Source: Ranitomeya imitator (lineage: Eukaryota). Taken from it: a DNA stretch of 64,000 nt. The DNA lies in NCBI RefSeq assembly GCF_032444005.1, contig NC_091288.1, forward strand, positions 187,302,001 to 187,366,000, written 5' to 3'. Position 1 is the first letter of the stretch, and every line of letters starts with the position of its first letter. Positions 26,238-41,200 of this stretch are shown here, piece after piece. A model generated the notes under the pieces. That model saw only the letters and a program-made list of their open reading frames with translations, made no database searches and was not told where the DNA came from. The translations under genes and the position numbers were made by a program.

Positions 26238-29200
26238 ATGATCAGTGCCATCACCTCCTCCCCGCAGAGCTGTATGATCAGTGCCACCACCTCCTCCCCG
26301 CAGAGCTGTATGATCAGAGCCACCACCTCCTCGCAGAGCTGTATGATCAGAGCCACCTTCTCCCCGCAGAGCTGTATGATCAGAGCCATCACCTTCTCCC
26401 CGCAGAGCTGTATGATCAGAGCCACCTTCTCCCCGCAGAGCTGTATGATCAGTGCCACCACCTCCTCGCCGAGCTGTATGATCAGTGCCACCTTCTCCCC
26501 GCAGAGCTGTATGATCAGAGCCACCACCTCCTCGCAGAGCTGTATGATCAGAGCCACCTTCTCCCCGCAGAGCTGTATGATCAGAGCCATCACCTTCTCC
26601 CCGCAGAGCTGTATGATCAGAGCCACCTTCTCCCCGCAGAGCTGTATGATCAGTGCCACCACCTCCTCGCCGAGCTGTATGATCAGTGCCACCACCTCCT
26701 CGCAGAGCTGTATGATCAGTGCCACCTTCTCTCCGCAGAGCTGTATGATCAGAGCCATCACCTCCTCGCCGAGCTGTATGATCAGTGCCACCTTCTCCCC
26801 GCAGAGCTGTATGATCAGAGCCATCACCTTCCAGCAGAGCTGTATGATCAGTGCCACCACCTCCTCGCAGAGCTGTATGATCAGTGCCACCTTCTCCCCG
26901 CAGAGCTGTATGATCAGAGCCACCACCTCCTCGCAGAGCTGTATGATCAGTGCCACCACCTCCTCGCCGAGCTGTATGATCAGTGCCACCTTCTCCCCGC
27001 AGAGCTGTATGATCAGAGCCATCACGTTCCCGCAGAGCTGTATGATCAGTGCCACCACCTCCTCGCAGAGCTGTATGATCAGTGCCACCTTCTCCCCGCA
27101 GAGCTGTATGATCAGAGCCACCACCTCCTAGCAGAGCTGTATGATCAGAGCCACCTTCTCCCCGCAGAGCTGTATGATCAGAGCCATCACCTTCTCCCCG
27201 CAGAGCTGTATGATCAGAGACACCTTCTCCCCGCAGAGCTGTATGATCAGTGCCACCACCTCCTCGCAGAGCTGTATGATCAGAGCCACCACCTCCTCCC
27301 CGCAGAGCTGTATGATCAGAGCCATCACCTCCCCGCAGAGCTGTATGATCAGAGCCATCACCTTCTCTCCGCAGAGCTGTATGATCAGAGACACCTTCTC
27401 CCCGCAGAGCTGTATGATCAGTGCCACCACCTCCTCGCAGAGCTGTATGATCAGTGCCACTTTCTCCCCGCAGAGCTGTATGATCAGAGCCCTCACCTTC
27501 TCCTCGCAGAGCTGTATGATCAGAGCCACCTTCTCCCCGCAGAGCTGTATGATCAGTGCCACCACCTCCTCGCAGAGCTGTATGATCAGAGCCACCTTCT
27601 CCCCGCAGAGCTGTATGATCAGAGCCATCACCTCCCCGCAGAGCTGTATGATCAGAGCCATCACCTTCTCCCCACAGAGCTGTATGATCAGAGCCACCTT
27701 CTCCCCGCAGAGCTGTATGATCAGTGCCACCACCTCCTCGTAGAGCTGTATGATCAGAGCCACCTTCTCCCCGCAGAGCTGTATGATCAGAGCCATCACC
27801 TTCCCGCAGAGCTGTATGATCAGTGCCACCACCTCCTCGCAGAGCTGTATGATCAGAGCCATCACCTCCTCCCCGCAGAGCTGTATGATCAGAGCCATCA
27901 CCTCCTCCCCGCAGAGCTGTATGATCAGTGACACCACCTCCTCGCAGAGCTGTATGATCAGTGCCACCTTTTCCCCGCAGAGCTGTATGATCAGAGCCAT
28001 CACCTTCTCCCCGCAGAGCTGTATGATCAGAGCCACCTTCTCCCCGCAGAGCTGTATGATCAGAGCCACCTTCTCCCCGCAGAGCTGTATGATCAGAGCC
28101 ACCACCTCCTCCCCGCAGAGCTGTATGATCAGAGCCACCACCTCCTCCCCGTAGAGCTGTATGATCAGTGCCACCACCTCCTCGCAGAGCTGTATGATCA
28201 GTGCCACCTTCTCCCCGCAGAGCTGTATGATCAGAGCCATCACCTCCCCGCAGAGCTGTATGATCAGTGCCACCACCTCCTCGCAGAGCTGTATGATCAG
28301 TGCCACCTTCTCCCCGCAGAGCTGTATGATCAGAGCCACCTTCTCCCCGCAGAGCTGTATGATCAGTGTCACCACCTCCTCGCAGAGCTGTATGATCAGA
28401 GCCACCTTCTCCCCGCAGAGCTGTATGATCAGAGCCATCACCTCCTCCCCGCAGAGCTGTATGATCAGAGCCATCACCTCCTCCCCGCAGAGCTGTATGA
28501 TCAGTGCCACCACCTCCTCGCAGAGCTGTATGATCAGTGACACCTTCTCCCCGCAGAGCTGTATGATCAGAGCCACCACCTCCTCCCCGCAGAGCTGTAT
28601 GATCAGAGCCACCACCTCCTCCCCGCAGAGCTGTATGATCAGAGCCACCACCTCCTCCCCGTAGAGCTGTATGATCAGTGCCACCACCTCCTCGCAGAGC
28701 TGTATGATCAGAGCCACCTTCTCCCCGCAGAGCTGTATGATCAGAGCCATCACCTCCCCGCAGAGCTGTATGATCAGTGCCACCACCTCCTCGCAGAGCT
28801 GTATGATCAGTGCCACCTTCTCCCCGCAGAGCTGTATGATCAGAGCCACCTTCTCCCCGCAGAGCTGTATGATCAGTGTCACCACCTCCTCGCAGAGCTG
28901 TATGATCAGAGCCACCTTCTCCCCGCAGAGCTGTATGATCAGAGCCATCACCTCCTCCCCGCAGAGCTGTATGATCAGAGCCATCACCTCCTCCCCGCAG
29001 AGCTGTATGATCAGTGCCACCACCTCCTCGCAGAGCTGTATGATCAGTGACACCTTCTCCCCGCAGAGCTGTATGATCAGAGCCATCACCTCCTCCCCGC
29101 AGAGCTGTATGATCAGAGCCATCACCTTCTCCCCGCAGAGCTGTATGATCAGAGCCACCTTCTCCCCGCATAGCTGTATGATCAGAGCCACCACCTCCTC

Positions 29201-32200
29201 CCCGCAGAGCTGTATGGTCAGAGCCACCACCTCCTCCCCGCAGAGCTGTATGATCAGTGCCACCACCTCCTCCCCGCAGAGCTGTATGATCAGAGCCATC
29301 GCCTTCTCCCCGCAGAGCTATATGATCAGTGCCACCACCTCCTCGCAGAGCTGTATGATCAGAGCCATCACCTTCTCTCCGCAGAGCTGTATGATCAGAG
29401 CCACCTTCTCCCCGCAGAGCTGTATGATCAGAGTCATCACCTCCCCGCAGAGCTGTATGATTAGAGCCATCGCCTTCTCCCCGCAGAGCTGTATGATCAG
29501 TGCCACCACCTCATCGCAGAGCTGTATGATCAGAGCCACCTTCTCCCCGCAGAGCTGTATGATCAGTGCCACCACCTCCTCGCAGAGCTGTATGATCAGT
29601 GCCACTTTCTCCCCGCAGAGCTGTATGATCAGAGCCATCACCTTCTCCTCGCAGAGCTGTATGATCAGAGCCACCTTCTCCCCGCAGAGCTGTATGATCA
29701 GTGCCACCACCTCCTCGCAGAGCTGTATGATCAGTGCCACCTTCTCCCCGCAGAGCTGTATGATCAGAGCCACCACCTCCTCGCAGAGCTGTATGATCAG
29801 TGCCACCACCTCCTCGCCGAGCTGTATGATCAGTGCCACCTTCTCCCCGCAGAGCTGTATGATCAGAGCCATCACGTTCCCGCAGAGCTGTATGATCAGT
29901 GCCACCACCTCCTCGCAGAGCTGTATGATCAGTGCCACCTTCTCCCCGCAGAGCTGTATGATCAGAGCCACCACCTCCTAGCAGAGCTGTATGATCAGAG
30001 CCACCTTCTCCCCGCAGAGCTGTATGATCAGAGCCATCACCTTCTCCCCGCAGAGCTGTATGATCAGAGACACCTTCTCCCCGCAGAGCTGTATGATCAG
30101 TGCCACCACCTCCTCGCAGAGCTGTATGATCAGAGCCACCACCTCCTCCCCGCAGAGCTGTATGATCAGAGCCATCACCTCCCCGCAGAGCTGTATGATC
30201 AGAGCCATCACCTTCTCTCCGCAGAGCTGTATGATCAGAGACACCTTCTCCCCGCAGAGCTGTATGATCAGTGCCACCACCTCCTCGCAGAGCTGTATGA
30301 TCAGTGCCACTTTCTCCCCGCAGAGCTGTATGATCAGAGCCCTCACCTTCTCCTCGCAGAGCTGTATGATCAGAGCCACCTTCTCCCCGCAGAGCTGTAT
30401 GATCAGTGCCACCACCTCCTCGCAGAGCTGTATGATCAGAGCCACCTTCTCCCCGCAGAGCTGTATGATCAGAGCCATCACCTCCCCGCAGAGCTGTATG
30501 ATCAGAGCCATCACCTTCTCCCCACAGAGCTGTATGATCAGAGCCACCTTCTCCCCGCAGAGCTGTATGATCAGTGCCACCACCTCCTCGTAGAGCTGTA
30601 TGATCAGAGCCACCTTCTCCCCGCAGAGCTGTATGATCAGAGCCATCACCTTCCCGCAGAGCTGTATGATCAGTGCCACCACCTCCTCGCAGAGCTGTAT
30701 GATCAGAGCCATCACCTCCTCCCCGCAGAGCTGTATGATCAGAGCCATCACCTCCTCCCCGCAGAGCTGTATGATCAGTGACACCACCTCCTCGCAGAGC
30801 TGTATGATCAGTGCCACCTTTTCCCCGCAGAGCTGTATGATCAGAGCCATCACCTTCTCCCCGCAGAGCTGTATGATCAGAGCCACCTTCTCCCCGCAGA
30901 GCTGTATGATCAGAGCCACCTTCTCCCCGCAGAGCTGTATGATCAGAGCCACCACCTCCTCCACGCAGAGCTGTATGATCAGAGCCACCACCTCCTCCCC
31001 GCAGAGCTGTATGATCAGTGCCACCACCTCCTCCCCGCAGAGCTGTATGATCAGAGCCACCACCTCCTCCCCGTAGAGCTGTATGATCAGTGCCACCACC
31101 TCCTCGCAGAGCTGTATGATCAGTGCCACCTTCTCCCCGCAGAGCTGTATGATCAGAGCCATCACCTCCCCGCAGAGCTGTATGATCAGTGCCACCACCT
31201 CCTCGCAGAGCTGTATGATCAGTGCCACCTTCTCCCCGCAGAGCTGTATGATCAGAGCCACCTTCTCCCCGCAGAGCTGTATGATCAGTGTCACCACCTC
31301 CTCGCAGAGCTGTATGATCAGAGCCACCTTCTCCCCGCAGAGCTGTATGATCAGAGCCATCACCTCCTCCCCGCAGAGCTGTATGATCAGAGCCATCACC
31401 TCCTCCCCGCAGAGCTGTATGATCAGTGCCACCACCTCCTCGCAGAGCTGTATGATCAGTGACACCTTCTCCCCGCAGAGCTGTATGATCAGAGCCACCA
31501 CCTCCTCCCCGCAGAGCTGTATGATCAGAGCCACCACCTCCTCCCCGCAGAGCTGTATGATCAGAGCCACCACCTCCTCCCCGTAGAGCTGTATGATCAG
31601 TGCCACCACCTCCTCGCAGAGCTGTATGATCAGAGCCACCTTCTCCCCGCAGAGCTGTATGATCAGAGCCATCACCTCCCCGCAGAGCTGTATGATCAGT
31701 GCCACCACCTCCTCGCAGAGCTGTATGATCAGTGCCACCTTCTCCCCGCAGAGCTGTATGATCAGAGCCACCTTCTCCCCGCAGAGCTGTATGATCAGTG
31801 TCACCACCTCCTCGCAGAGCTGTATGATCAGAGCCACCTTCTCCCCGCAGAGCTGTATGATCAGAGCCATCACCTCCTCCCCGCAGAGCTGTATGATCAG
31901 AGCCATCACCTCCTCCCCGCAGAGCTGTATGATCAGTGCCACCACCTCCTCGCAGAGCTGTATGATCAGTGACACCTTCTCCCCGCAGAGCTGTATGATC
32001 AGAGCCATCACCTCCTCCCCGCAGAGCTGTATGATCAGAGCCATCACCTTCTCCCCGCAGAGCTGTATGATCAGAGCCACCTTCTCCCCGCATAGCTGTA
32101 TGATCAGAGCCACCACCTCCTCCCCGCAGAGCTGTATGGTCAGAGCCACCACCTCCTCCCCGCAGAGCTGTATGATCAGTGCCACCACCTCCTCCCCGCA

Positions 32201-35200
32201 GAGCTGTATGATCAGAGCCATCGCCTTCTCCCCGCAGAGCTATATGATCAGTGCCACCACCTCCTCGCAGAGCTGTATGATCAGAGCCATCACCTTCTCT
32301 CCGCAGAGCTGTATGATCAGAGCCACCTTCTCCCCGCAGAGCTGTATGATCAGAGTCATCACCTCCCCGCAGAGCTGTATGATTAGAGCCATCGCCTTCT
32401 CCCCGCAGAGCTGTATGATCAGTGCCACCACCTCATCGCAGAGCTGTATGATCAGAGCCACCTTCTCCCCGCAGAGCTGTATGATCAGTGCCACCACCTC
32501 CTCGCAGAGCTGTATGATCAGTGCCACTTTCTCCCCGCAGAGCTGTATGATCAGAGCCATCACCTTCTCCTCGCAGAGCTGTATGATCAGAGCCACCTTC
32601 TCCCCGCAGAGCTGTATGATCAGTGCCACCACCTCCTCGCAGAGCTGTATGATCAGAGCCACCTTCTCCCCGCAGAGCTGTATGATCAGTGCCACCACCT
32701 CCTCGCCGAGCTGTATGATCAGAGCCATCACCTTCCCGCAGAGCTGTATGATCAGTGCCATCACCTCCTCGCAGAGCTGTATGATCAGTGCCACTTTCTC
32801 CCCGCAGAGCTGTATGATCAGAGCCATCACCTTCTCCTCGCAGAGCTGTATGATCAGAGCCACCTTCTCCCCGCAGAGCTGTATGATCAGTGCCACCACC
32901 TCCTCGCAGAGCTGTATGATCAGAGCCACCTTCTCCCCGCAGAGCTGTATGATCAGAGCCATCACCTTCTCCCCGCAGAGCTGTATGATCAGAGCCACCT
33001 TCTCCCCGCAGAGCTGTATGATCAGTGCCACCACCTCCTCGCCGAGCTGTATGATCAGTGCCACCACCTCCTCGCAGAGCTGTATGATCAGTGCCACCTT
33101 CTCCCCGCAGAGCTGTATGATCAGAGCCATCACCTCCCCGCAGAGCTGTATGATCAGAGCCATCACCTCCCCGCAGAGCTGTATGATCAGAGCCATCACC
33201 TTCTCCCCGCAGAGCTGTATGATCAGAGCCACCTTCTCCCCGCAGAGCTGTATGATCAGTGCCACCACCTCCTCGCCGAGCTGTATGATCAGTGCCACCT
33301 TCTCCCCGCAGAGCTGTATGATCAGAGCCATCACCTTCCCGCAGAGCTGTATGATCAGTGCCACCACCTCCTCGCAGAGCTGTATGATCAGTGCCACCTT
33401 CTCCCCGCAGAGCTGTATGATCAGAGCCACCACCTCCTCGCAGAGCTGTATGATCAGAGCCACCTTCTCCCCGCAGAGCTGTATGATCAGAGCCATCACC
33501 TTCTCCCCGCAGAGCTGTATGATCAGAGCCACCTTCTCCCCGCAGAGCTGTATGATCAGTGCCACCACCTCCTCGCAGAGCTGTATGATCAGAGCCACCA
33601 CCTCCTCCCCGCAGAGCTGTATGATCAGAGCCATCACCTCCCCGCAGAGCTGTATGATCAGAGCCATCACCTTCTCTCCGCAGAGCTGTATGATCAGAGC
33701 CACCTTCTCCCCGCAGAGCTGTATGATCAGTGCCACCACCTCCTCGCAGAGCTGTATGATCAGTGCCACTTTCTCCCCGCAGAGCTGTATGATCAGAGCC
33801 ATCACCTTCTCCTCGCAGAGCTGTATGATCAGAGCCACCTTCTCCCCGCAGAGCTGTATGATCAGTGCCACCACCTCCTCGCAGAGCTGTATGATCAGAG
33901 CCACCTTCTCCCCGCAGAGCTGTATGATCAGAGCCATCACCTCCCCGCAGAGCTGTATGATCAGAGCCATCACCTTCTCCCCACAGAGCTGTATGATCAG
34001 AGCCACCTTCTCCCCGCAGAGCTGTATGATCAGTGCCACCACCTCCTCGCAGAGCTGTATGATCAGAGCCACCTTCTCCCCGCAGAGCTGTATGATCAGA
34101 GCCATCACCTTCCCGCAGAGCTGTATGATCAGTGCCACCACCTCCTCGCAGAGCTGTATGATCAGAGCCATCACCTCCTCCCCGCAGAGCTGTATGATCA
34201 GAGCCATCACCTCCTCCTCGCAGAGCTGTATGATCAGTGCCACCTTCTCCCCGCAGAGCTGTATGATCAGAGCCATCACCTTCTCCCCGCAGAGCTGTAT
34301 GATCAGAGCCACCTTCTCCCCGCAGAGCTGTATGATCCGAGCCACCTTCTCCCCGCAGAGCTGTATGATCAGAGCCACCACCTCCTCCACGCAGAGCTGT
34401 ATGATCAGAGCCACCACCTCCTCCCCGCAGAGCTGTATGATCAGTGCCACCACCTCCTCCCCGCAGAGCTGTATGATCAGTGTCACCACCTCCTCCCCGC
34501 AGAGCTGTATTATCAGTGCCACCACCTCCTCCTCGCAGAGCTGTATGATCAGAGCCACCAACACCTCCCTGCAGAGCTGTATGATCAGTGTCACCACCTC
34601 CTCGTCGCAGAGCTGTATGATCAGAGCCACCTTCTCCCCGCAGAGCTGTATGATCAGAGCCATCACTTCCTCACCGCAGAGCTGTATGATCAGAGCCATC
34701 ACCTCCCCGCAGAGCTGTATGATCAGAGGTATCACCTTCTCCCCGTAGAGCTGTATGATCAGAGCCATCACCTTCTCCCCGCAGAGCTGTATGATCAGAG
34801 CCATCACCTTCTCCCCGAAGAGCTGTATGATCCGTTCCACCACCTTCTCCCCGCAGAGCTGTATGATCAGTGTCACCACCTCCTCGTCGCAGAGCTGTAT
34901 GATCAGTGCCACCTTCTCCCTGCAGAGCTGTATGATCAGAGCCACCTTCTCCCCGCAGAGCTGTATGATCAGTGCCACCACCTCCTCGTAGAGCTGTATG
35001 ATCAGAGCCACCTTCTCCCCGCAGAGCTGTATGATCAGAGCCATCACCTTCCCGCAGAGCTGTATGATCAGTGCCACCACCTCCTCGCAGAGCTGTATGA
35101 TCAGAGCCATCACCTCCTCCCCGCAGAGCTGTATGATCAGAGCCATCACCTCCTCCCCGCAGAGCTGTATGATCAGTGACACCACCTCCTCGCAGAGCTG

Positions 35201-38200
35201 TATGATCAGTGCCACCTTTTCCCCGCAGAGCTGTATGATCAGAGCCATCACCTTCTCCCCGCAGAGCTGTATGATCAGAGCCACCTTCTCCCCGCAGAGC
35301 TGTATGATCAGAGCCACCTTCTCCCCGCAGAGCTGTATGATCAGAGCCACCACCTCCTCCACGCAGAGCTGTATGATCAGAGCCACCACCTCCTCCCCGC
35401 AGAGCTGTATGATCAGTGCCACCACCTCCTCCCCGCAGAGCTGTATGATCAGAGCCACCACCTCCTCCCCGTAGAGCTGTATGATCAGTGCCACCACCTC
35501 CTCGCAGAGCTGTATGATCAGTGCCACCTTCTCCCCGCAGAGCTGTATGATCAGAGCCATCACCTCCCCGCAGAGCTGTATGATCAGTGCCACCACCTCC
35601 TCGCAGAGCTGTATGATCAGTGCCACCTTCTCCCCGCAGAGCTGTATGATCAGAGCCACCTTCTCCCCGCAGAGCTGTATGATCAGTGTCACCACCTCCT
35701 CGCAGAGCTGTATGATCAGAGCCACCTTCTCCCCGCAGAGCTGTATGATCAGAGCCATCACCTCCTCCCCGCAGAGCTGTATGATCAGAGCCATCACCTC
35801 CTCCCCGCAGAGCTGTATGATCAGTGCCACCACCTCCTCGCAGAGCTGTATGATCAGTGACACCTTCTCCCCGCAGAGCTGTATGATCAGAGCCACCACC
35901 TCCTCCCCGCAGAGCTGTATGATCAGAGCCACCACCTCCTCCCCGCAGAGCTGTATGATCAGAGCCACCACCTCCTCCCCGTAGAGCTGTATGATCAGTG
36001 CCACCACCTCCTCGCAGAGCTGTATGATCAGAGCCACCTTCTCCCCGCAGAGCTGTATGATCAGAGCCATCACCTCCCCGCAGAGCTGTATGATCAGTGC
36101 CACCACCTCCTCGCAGAGCTGTATGATCAGTGCCACCTTCTCCCCGCAGAGCTGTATGATCAGAGCCACCTTCTCCCCGCAGAGCTGTATGATCAGTGTC
36201 ACCACCTCCTCGCAGAGCTGTATGATCAGAGCCACCTTCTCCCCGCAGAGCTGTATGATCAGAGCCATCACCTCCTCCCCGCAGAGCTGTATGATCAGAG
36301 CCATCACCTCCTCCCCGCAGAGCTGTATGATCAGTGCCACCACCTCCTCGCAGAGCTGTATGATCAGTGACACCTTCTCCCCGCAGAGCTGTATGATCAG
36401 AGCCATCACCTCCTCCCCGCAGAGCTGTATGATCAGAGCCATCACCTTCTCCCCGCAGAGCTGTATGATCAGAGCCACCTTCTCCCCGCATAGCTGTATG
36501 ATCAGAGCCACCACCTCCTCCCCGCAGAGCTGTATGGTCAGAGCCACCACCTCCTCCCCGCAGAGCTGTATGATCAGTGCCACCACCTCCTCCCCGCAGA
36601 GCTGTATGATCAGAGCCATCGCCTTCTCCCCGCAGAGCTATATGATCAGTGCCACCACCTCCTCGCAGAGCTGTATGATCAGAGCCATCACCTTCTCTCC
36701 GCAGAGCTGTATGATCAGAGCCACCTTCTCCCCGCAGAGCTGTATGATCAGAGTCATCACCTCCCCGCAGAGCTGTATGATTAGAGCCATCGCCTTCTCC
36801 CCGCAGAGCTGTATGATCAGTGCCACCACCTCATCGCAGAGCTGTATGATCAGAGCCACCTTCTCCCCGCAGAGCTGTATGATCAGTGCCACCACCTCCT
36901 CGCAGAGCTGTATGATCAGTGCCACTTTCTCCCCGCAGAGCTGTATGATCAGAGCCATCACCTTCTCCTCGCAGAGCTGTATGATCAGAGCCACCTTCTC
37001 CCCGCAGAGCTGTATGATCAGTGCCACCACCTCCTCGCAGAGCTGTATGATCAGTGCCACCTTCTCCCCGCAGAGCTGTATGATCAGAGCCACCACCTCC
37101 TCGCAGAGCTGTATGATCAGTGCCACCACCTCCTCGCCGAGCTGTATGATCAGTGCCACCTTCTCCCCGCAGAGCTGTATGATCAGAGCCATCACGTTCC
37201 CGCAGAGCTGTATGATCAGTGCCACCACCTCCTCGCAGAGCTGTATGATCAGTGCCACCTTCTCCCCGCAGAGCTGTATGATCAGAGCCACCACCTCCTA
37301 GCAGAGCTGTATGATCAGAGCCACCTTCTCCCCGCAGAGCTGTATGATCAGAGCCATCACCTTCTCCCCGCAGAGCTGTATGATCAGAGACACCTTCTCC
37401 CCGCAGAGCTGTATGATCAGTGCCACCACCTCCTCGCAGAGCTGTATGATCAGAGCCACCACCTCCTCCCCGCAGAGCTGTATGATCAGAGCCATCACCT
37501 CCCCGCAGAGCTGTATGATCAGAGCCATCACCTTCTCTCCGCAGAGCTGTATGATCAGAGACACCTTCTCCCCGCAGAGCTGTATGATCAGTGCCACCAC
37601 CTCCTCGCAGAGCTGTATGATCAGTGCCACTTTCTCCCCGCAGAGCTGTATGATCAGAGCCCTCACCTTCTCCTCGCAGAGCTGTATGATCAGAGCCACC
37701 TTCTCCCCGCAGAGCTGTATGATCAGTGCCACCACCTCCTCGCAGAGCTGTATGATCAGAGCCACCTTCTCCCCGCAGAGCTGTATGATCAGAGCCATCA
37801 CCTCCCCGCAGAGCTGTATGATCAGAGCCATCACCTTCTCCCCACAGAGCTGTATGATCAGAGCCACCTTCTCCCCGCAGAGCTGTATGATCAGTGCCAC
37901 CACCTCCTCGTAGAGCTGTATGATCAGAGCCACCTTCTCCCCGCAGAGCTGTATGATCAGAGCCATCACCTTCCCGCAGAGCTGTATGATCAGTGCCACC
38001 ACCTCCTCGCAGAGCTGTATGATCAGAGCCATCACCTCCTCCCCGCAGAGCTGTATGATCAGAGCCATCACCTCCTCCCCGCAGAGCTGTATGATCAGTG
38101 ACACCACCTCCTCGCAGAGCTGTATGATCAGTGCCACCTTTTCCCCGCAGAGCTGTATGATCAGAGCCATCACCTTCTCCCCGCAGAGCTGTATGATCAG

Positions 38201-41200
38201 AGCCACCTTCTCCCCGCGGAGCTGTATGATCAGAGCCACCTTCTCCCCGCAGAGCTGTATGATCAGAGCCACCACCTCCTCCACGCAGAGCTGTATGATC
38301 AGAGCCACCACCTCCTCCCCGCAGAGCTGTATGATCAGTGCCACCACCTCCTCCCCGCAGAGCTGTATGATCAGAGCCACCACCTCCTCCCCGTAGAGCT
38401 GTATGATCAGTGCCACCACCTCCTCGCAGAGCTGTATGATCAGTGCCACCTTCTCCCCGCAGAGCTGTATGATCAGAGCCATCACCTCCCCGCAGAGCTG
38501 TATGATCAGTGCCACCACCTCCTCGCAGAGCTGTATGATCAGTGCCACCTTCTCCCCGCAGAGCTGTATGATCAGAGCCACCTTCTCCCCGCAGAGCTGT
38601 ATGATCAGTGTCACCACCTCCTCGCAGAGCTGTATGATCAGAGCCACCTTCTCCCCGCAGAGCTGTATGATCAGAGCCATCACCTCCTCCCCGCAGAGCT
38701 GTATGATCAGAGCCATCACCTCCTCCCCGCAGAGCTGTATGATCAGTGCCACCACCTCCTCGCAGAGCTGTATGATCAGTGACACCTTCTCCCCGCAGAG
38801 CTGTATGATCAGAGCCACCACCTCCTCCCCGCAGAGCTGTATGATCAGAGCCACCACCTCCTCCCCGCAGAGCTGTATGATCAGAGCCACCACCTCCTCC
38901 CCGTAGAGCTGTATGATCAGTGCCACCACCTCCTCGCAGAGCTGTATGATCAGAGCCACCTTCTCCCCGCAGAGCTGTATGATCAGAGCCATCACCTCCC
39001 CGCAGAGCTGTATGATCAGTGCCACCACCTCCTCGCAGAGCTGTATGATCAGTGCCACCTTCTCCCCGCAGAGCTGTATGATCAGAGCCACCTTCTCCCC
39101 GCAGAGCTGTATGATCAGTGTCACCACCTCCTCGCAGAGCTGTATGATCAGAGCCACCTTCTCCCCGCAGAGCTGTATGATCAGAGCCATCACCTCCTCC
39201 CCGCAGAGCTGTATGATCAGAGCCATCACCTCCTCCCCGCAGAGCTGTATGATCAGTGCCACCACCTCCTCGCAGAGCTGTATGATCAGTGACACCTTCT
39301 CCCCGCAGAGCTGTATGATCAGAGCCATCACCTCCTCCCCGCAGAGCTGTATGATCAGAGCCATCACCTTCTCCCCGCAGAGCTGTATGATCAGAGCCAC
39401 CTTCTCCCCGCATAGCTGTATGATCAGAGCCACCACCTCCTCCCCGCAGAGCTGTATGGTCAGAGCCACCACCTCCTCCCCGCAGAGCTGTATGATCAGT
39501 GCCACCACCTCCTCCCCGCAGAGCTGTATGATCAGAGCCATCGCCTTCTCCCCGCAGAGCTATATGATCAGTGCCACCACCTCCTCGCAGAGCTGTATGA
39601 TCAGAGCCATCACCTTCTCTCCGCAGAGCTGTATGATCAGAGCCACCTTCTCCCCGCAGAGCTGTATGATCAGAGTCATCACCTCCCCGCAGAGCTGTAT
39701 GATTAGAGCCATCGCCTTCTCCCCGCAGAGCTGTATGATCAGTGCCACCACCTCATCGCAGAGCTGTATGATCAGAGCCACCTTCTCCCCGCAGAGCTGT
39801 ATGATCAGTGCCACCACCTCCTCGCAGAGCTGTATGATCAGTGCCACTTTCTCCCCGCAGAGCTGTATGATCAGAGCCATCACCTTCTCCTCGCAGAGCT
39901 GTATGATCAGAGCCACCTTCTCCCCGCAGAGCTGTATGATCAGTGCCACCACCTCCTCGCAGAGCTGTATGATCAGAGCCACCTTCTCCCCGCAGAGCTG
40001 TATGATCAGTGCCACCACCTCCTCGCCGAGCTGTATGATCAGAGCCATCACCTTCCCGCAGAGCTGTATGATCAGTGCCATCACCTCCTCGCAGAGCTGT
40101 ATGATCAGTGCCACTTTCTCCCCGCAGAGCTGTATGATCAGAGCCATCACCTTCTCCTCGCAGAGCTGTATGATCAGAGCCACCTTCTCCCCGCAGAGCT
40201 GTATGATCAGTGCCACCACCTCCTCGCAGAGCTGTATGATCAGAGCCACCTTCTCCCCGCAGAGCTGTATGATCAGAGCCATCACCTTCTCCCCGCAGAG
40301 CTGTATGATCAGAGCCACCTTCTCCCCGCAGAGCTGTATGATCAGTGCCACCACCTCCTCGCCGAGCTGTATGATCAGTGCCACCACCTCCTCGCAGAGC
40401 TGTATGATCAGTGCCACCTTCTCCCCGCAGAGCTGTATGATCAGAGCCATCACCTCCCCGCAGAGCTGTATGATCAGAGCCATCACCTCCCCGCAGAGCT
40501 GTATGATCAGAGCCATCACCTTCTCCCCGCAGAGCTGTATGATCAGAGCCACCTTCTCCCCGCAGAGCTGTATGATCAGTGCCACCACCTCCTCGCCGAG
40601 CTGTATGATCAGTGCCACCTTCTCCCCGCAGAGCTGTATGATCAGAGCCATCACCTTCCCGCAGAGCTGTATGATCAGTGCCACCACCTCCTCGCAGAGC
40701 TGTATGATCAGTGCCACCTTCTCCCCGCAGAGCTGTATGATCAGAGCCACCACCTCCTCGCAGAGCTGTATGATCAGAGCCACCTTCTCCCCGCAGAGCT
40801 GTATGATCAGAGCCATCACCTTCTCCCCGCAGAGCTGTATGATCAGAGCCACCTTCTCCCCGCAGAGCTGTATGATCAGTGCCACCACCTCCTCGCAGAG
40901 CTGTATGATCAGAGCCACCACCTCCTCCCCGCAGAGCTGTATGATCAGAGCCATCACCTCCCCGCAGAGCTGTATGATCAGAGCCATCACCTTCTCTCCG
41001 CAGAGCTGTATGATCAGAGCCACCTTCTCCCCGCAGAGCTGTATGATCAGTGCCACCACCTCCTCGCAGAGCTGTATGATCAGTGCCACTTTCTCCCCGC
41101 AGAGCTGTATGATCAGAGCCATCACCTTCTCCTCGCAGAGCTGTATGATCAGAGCCACCTTCTCCCCGCAGAGCTGTATGATCAGTGCCACCACCTCCTC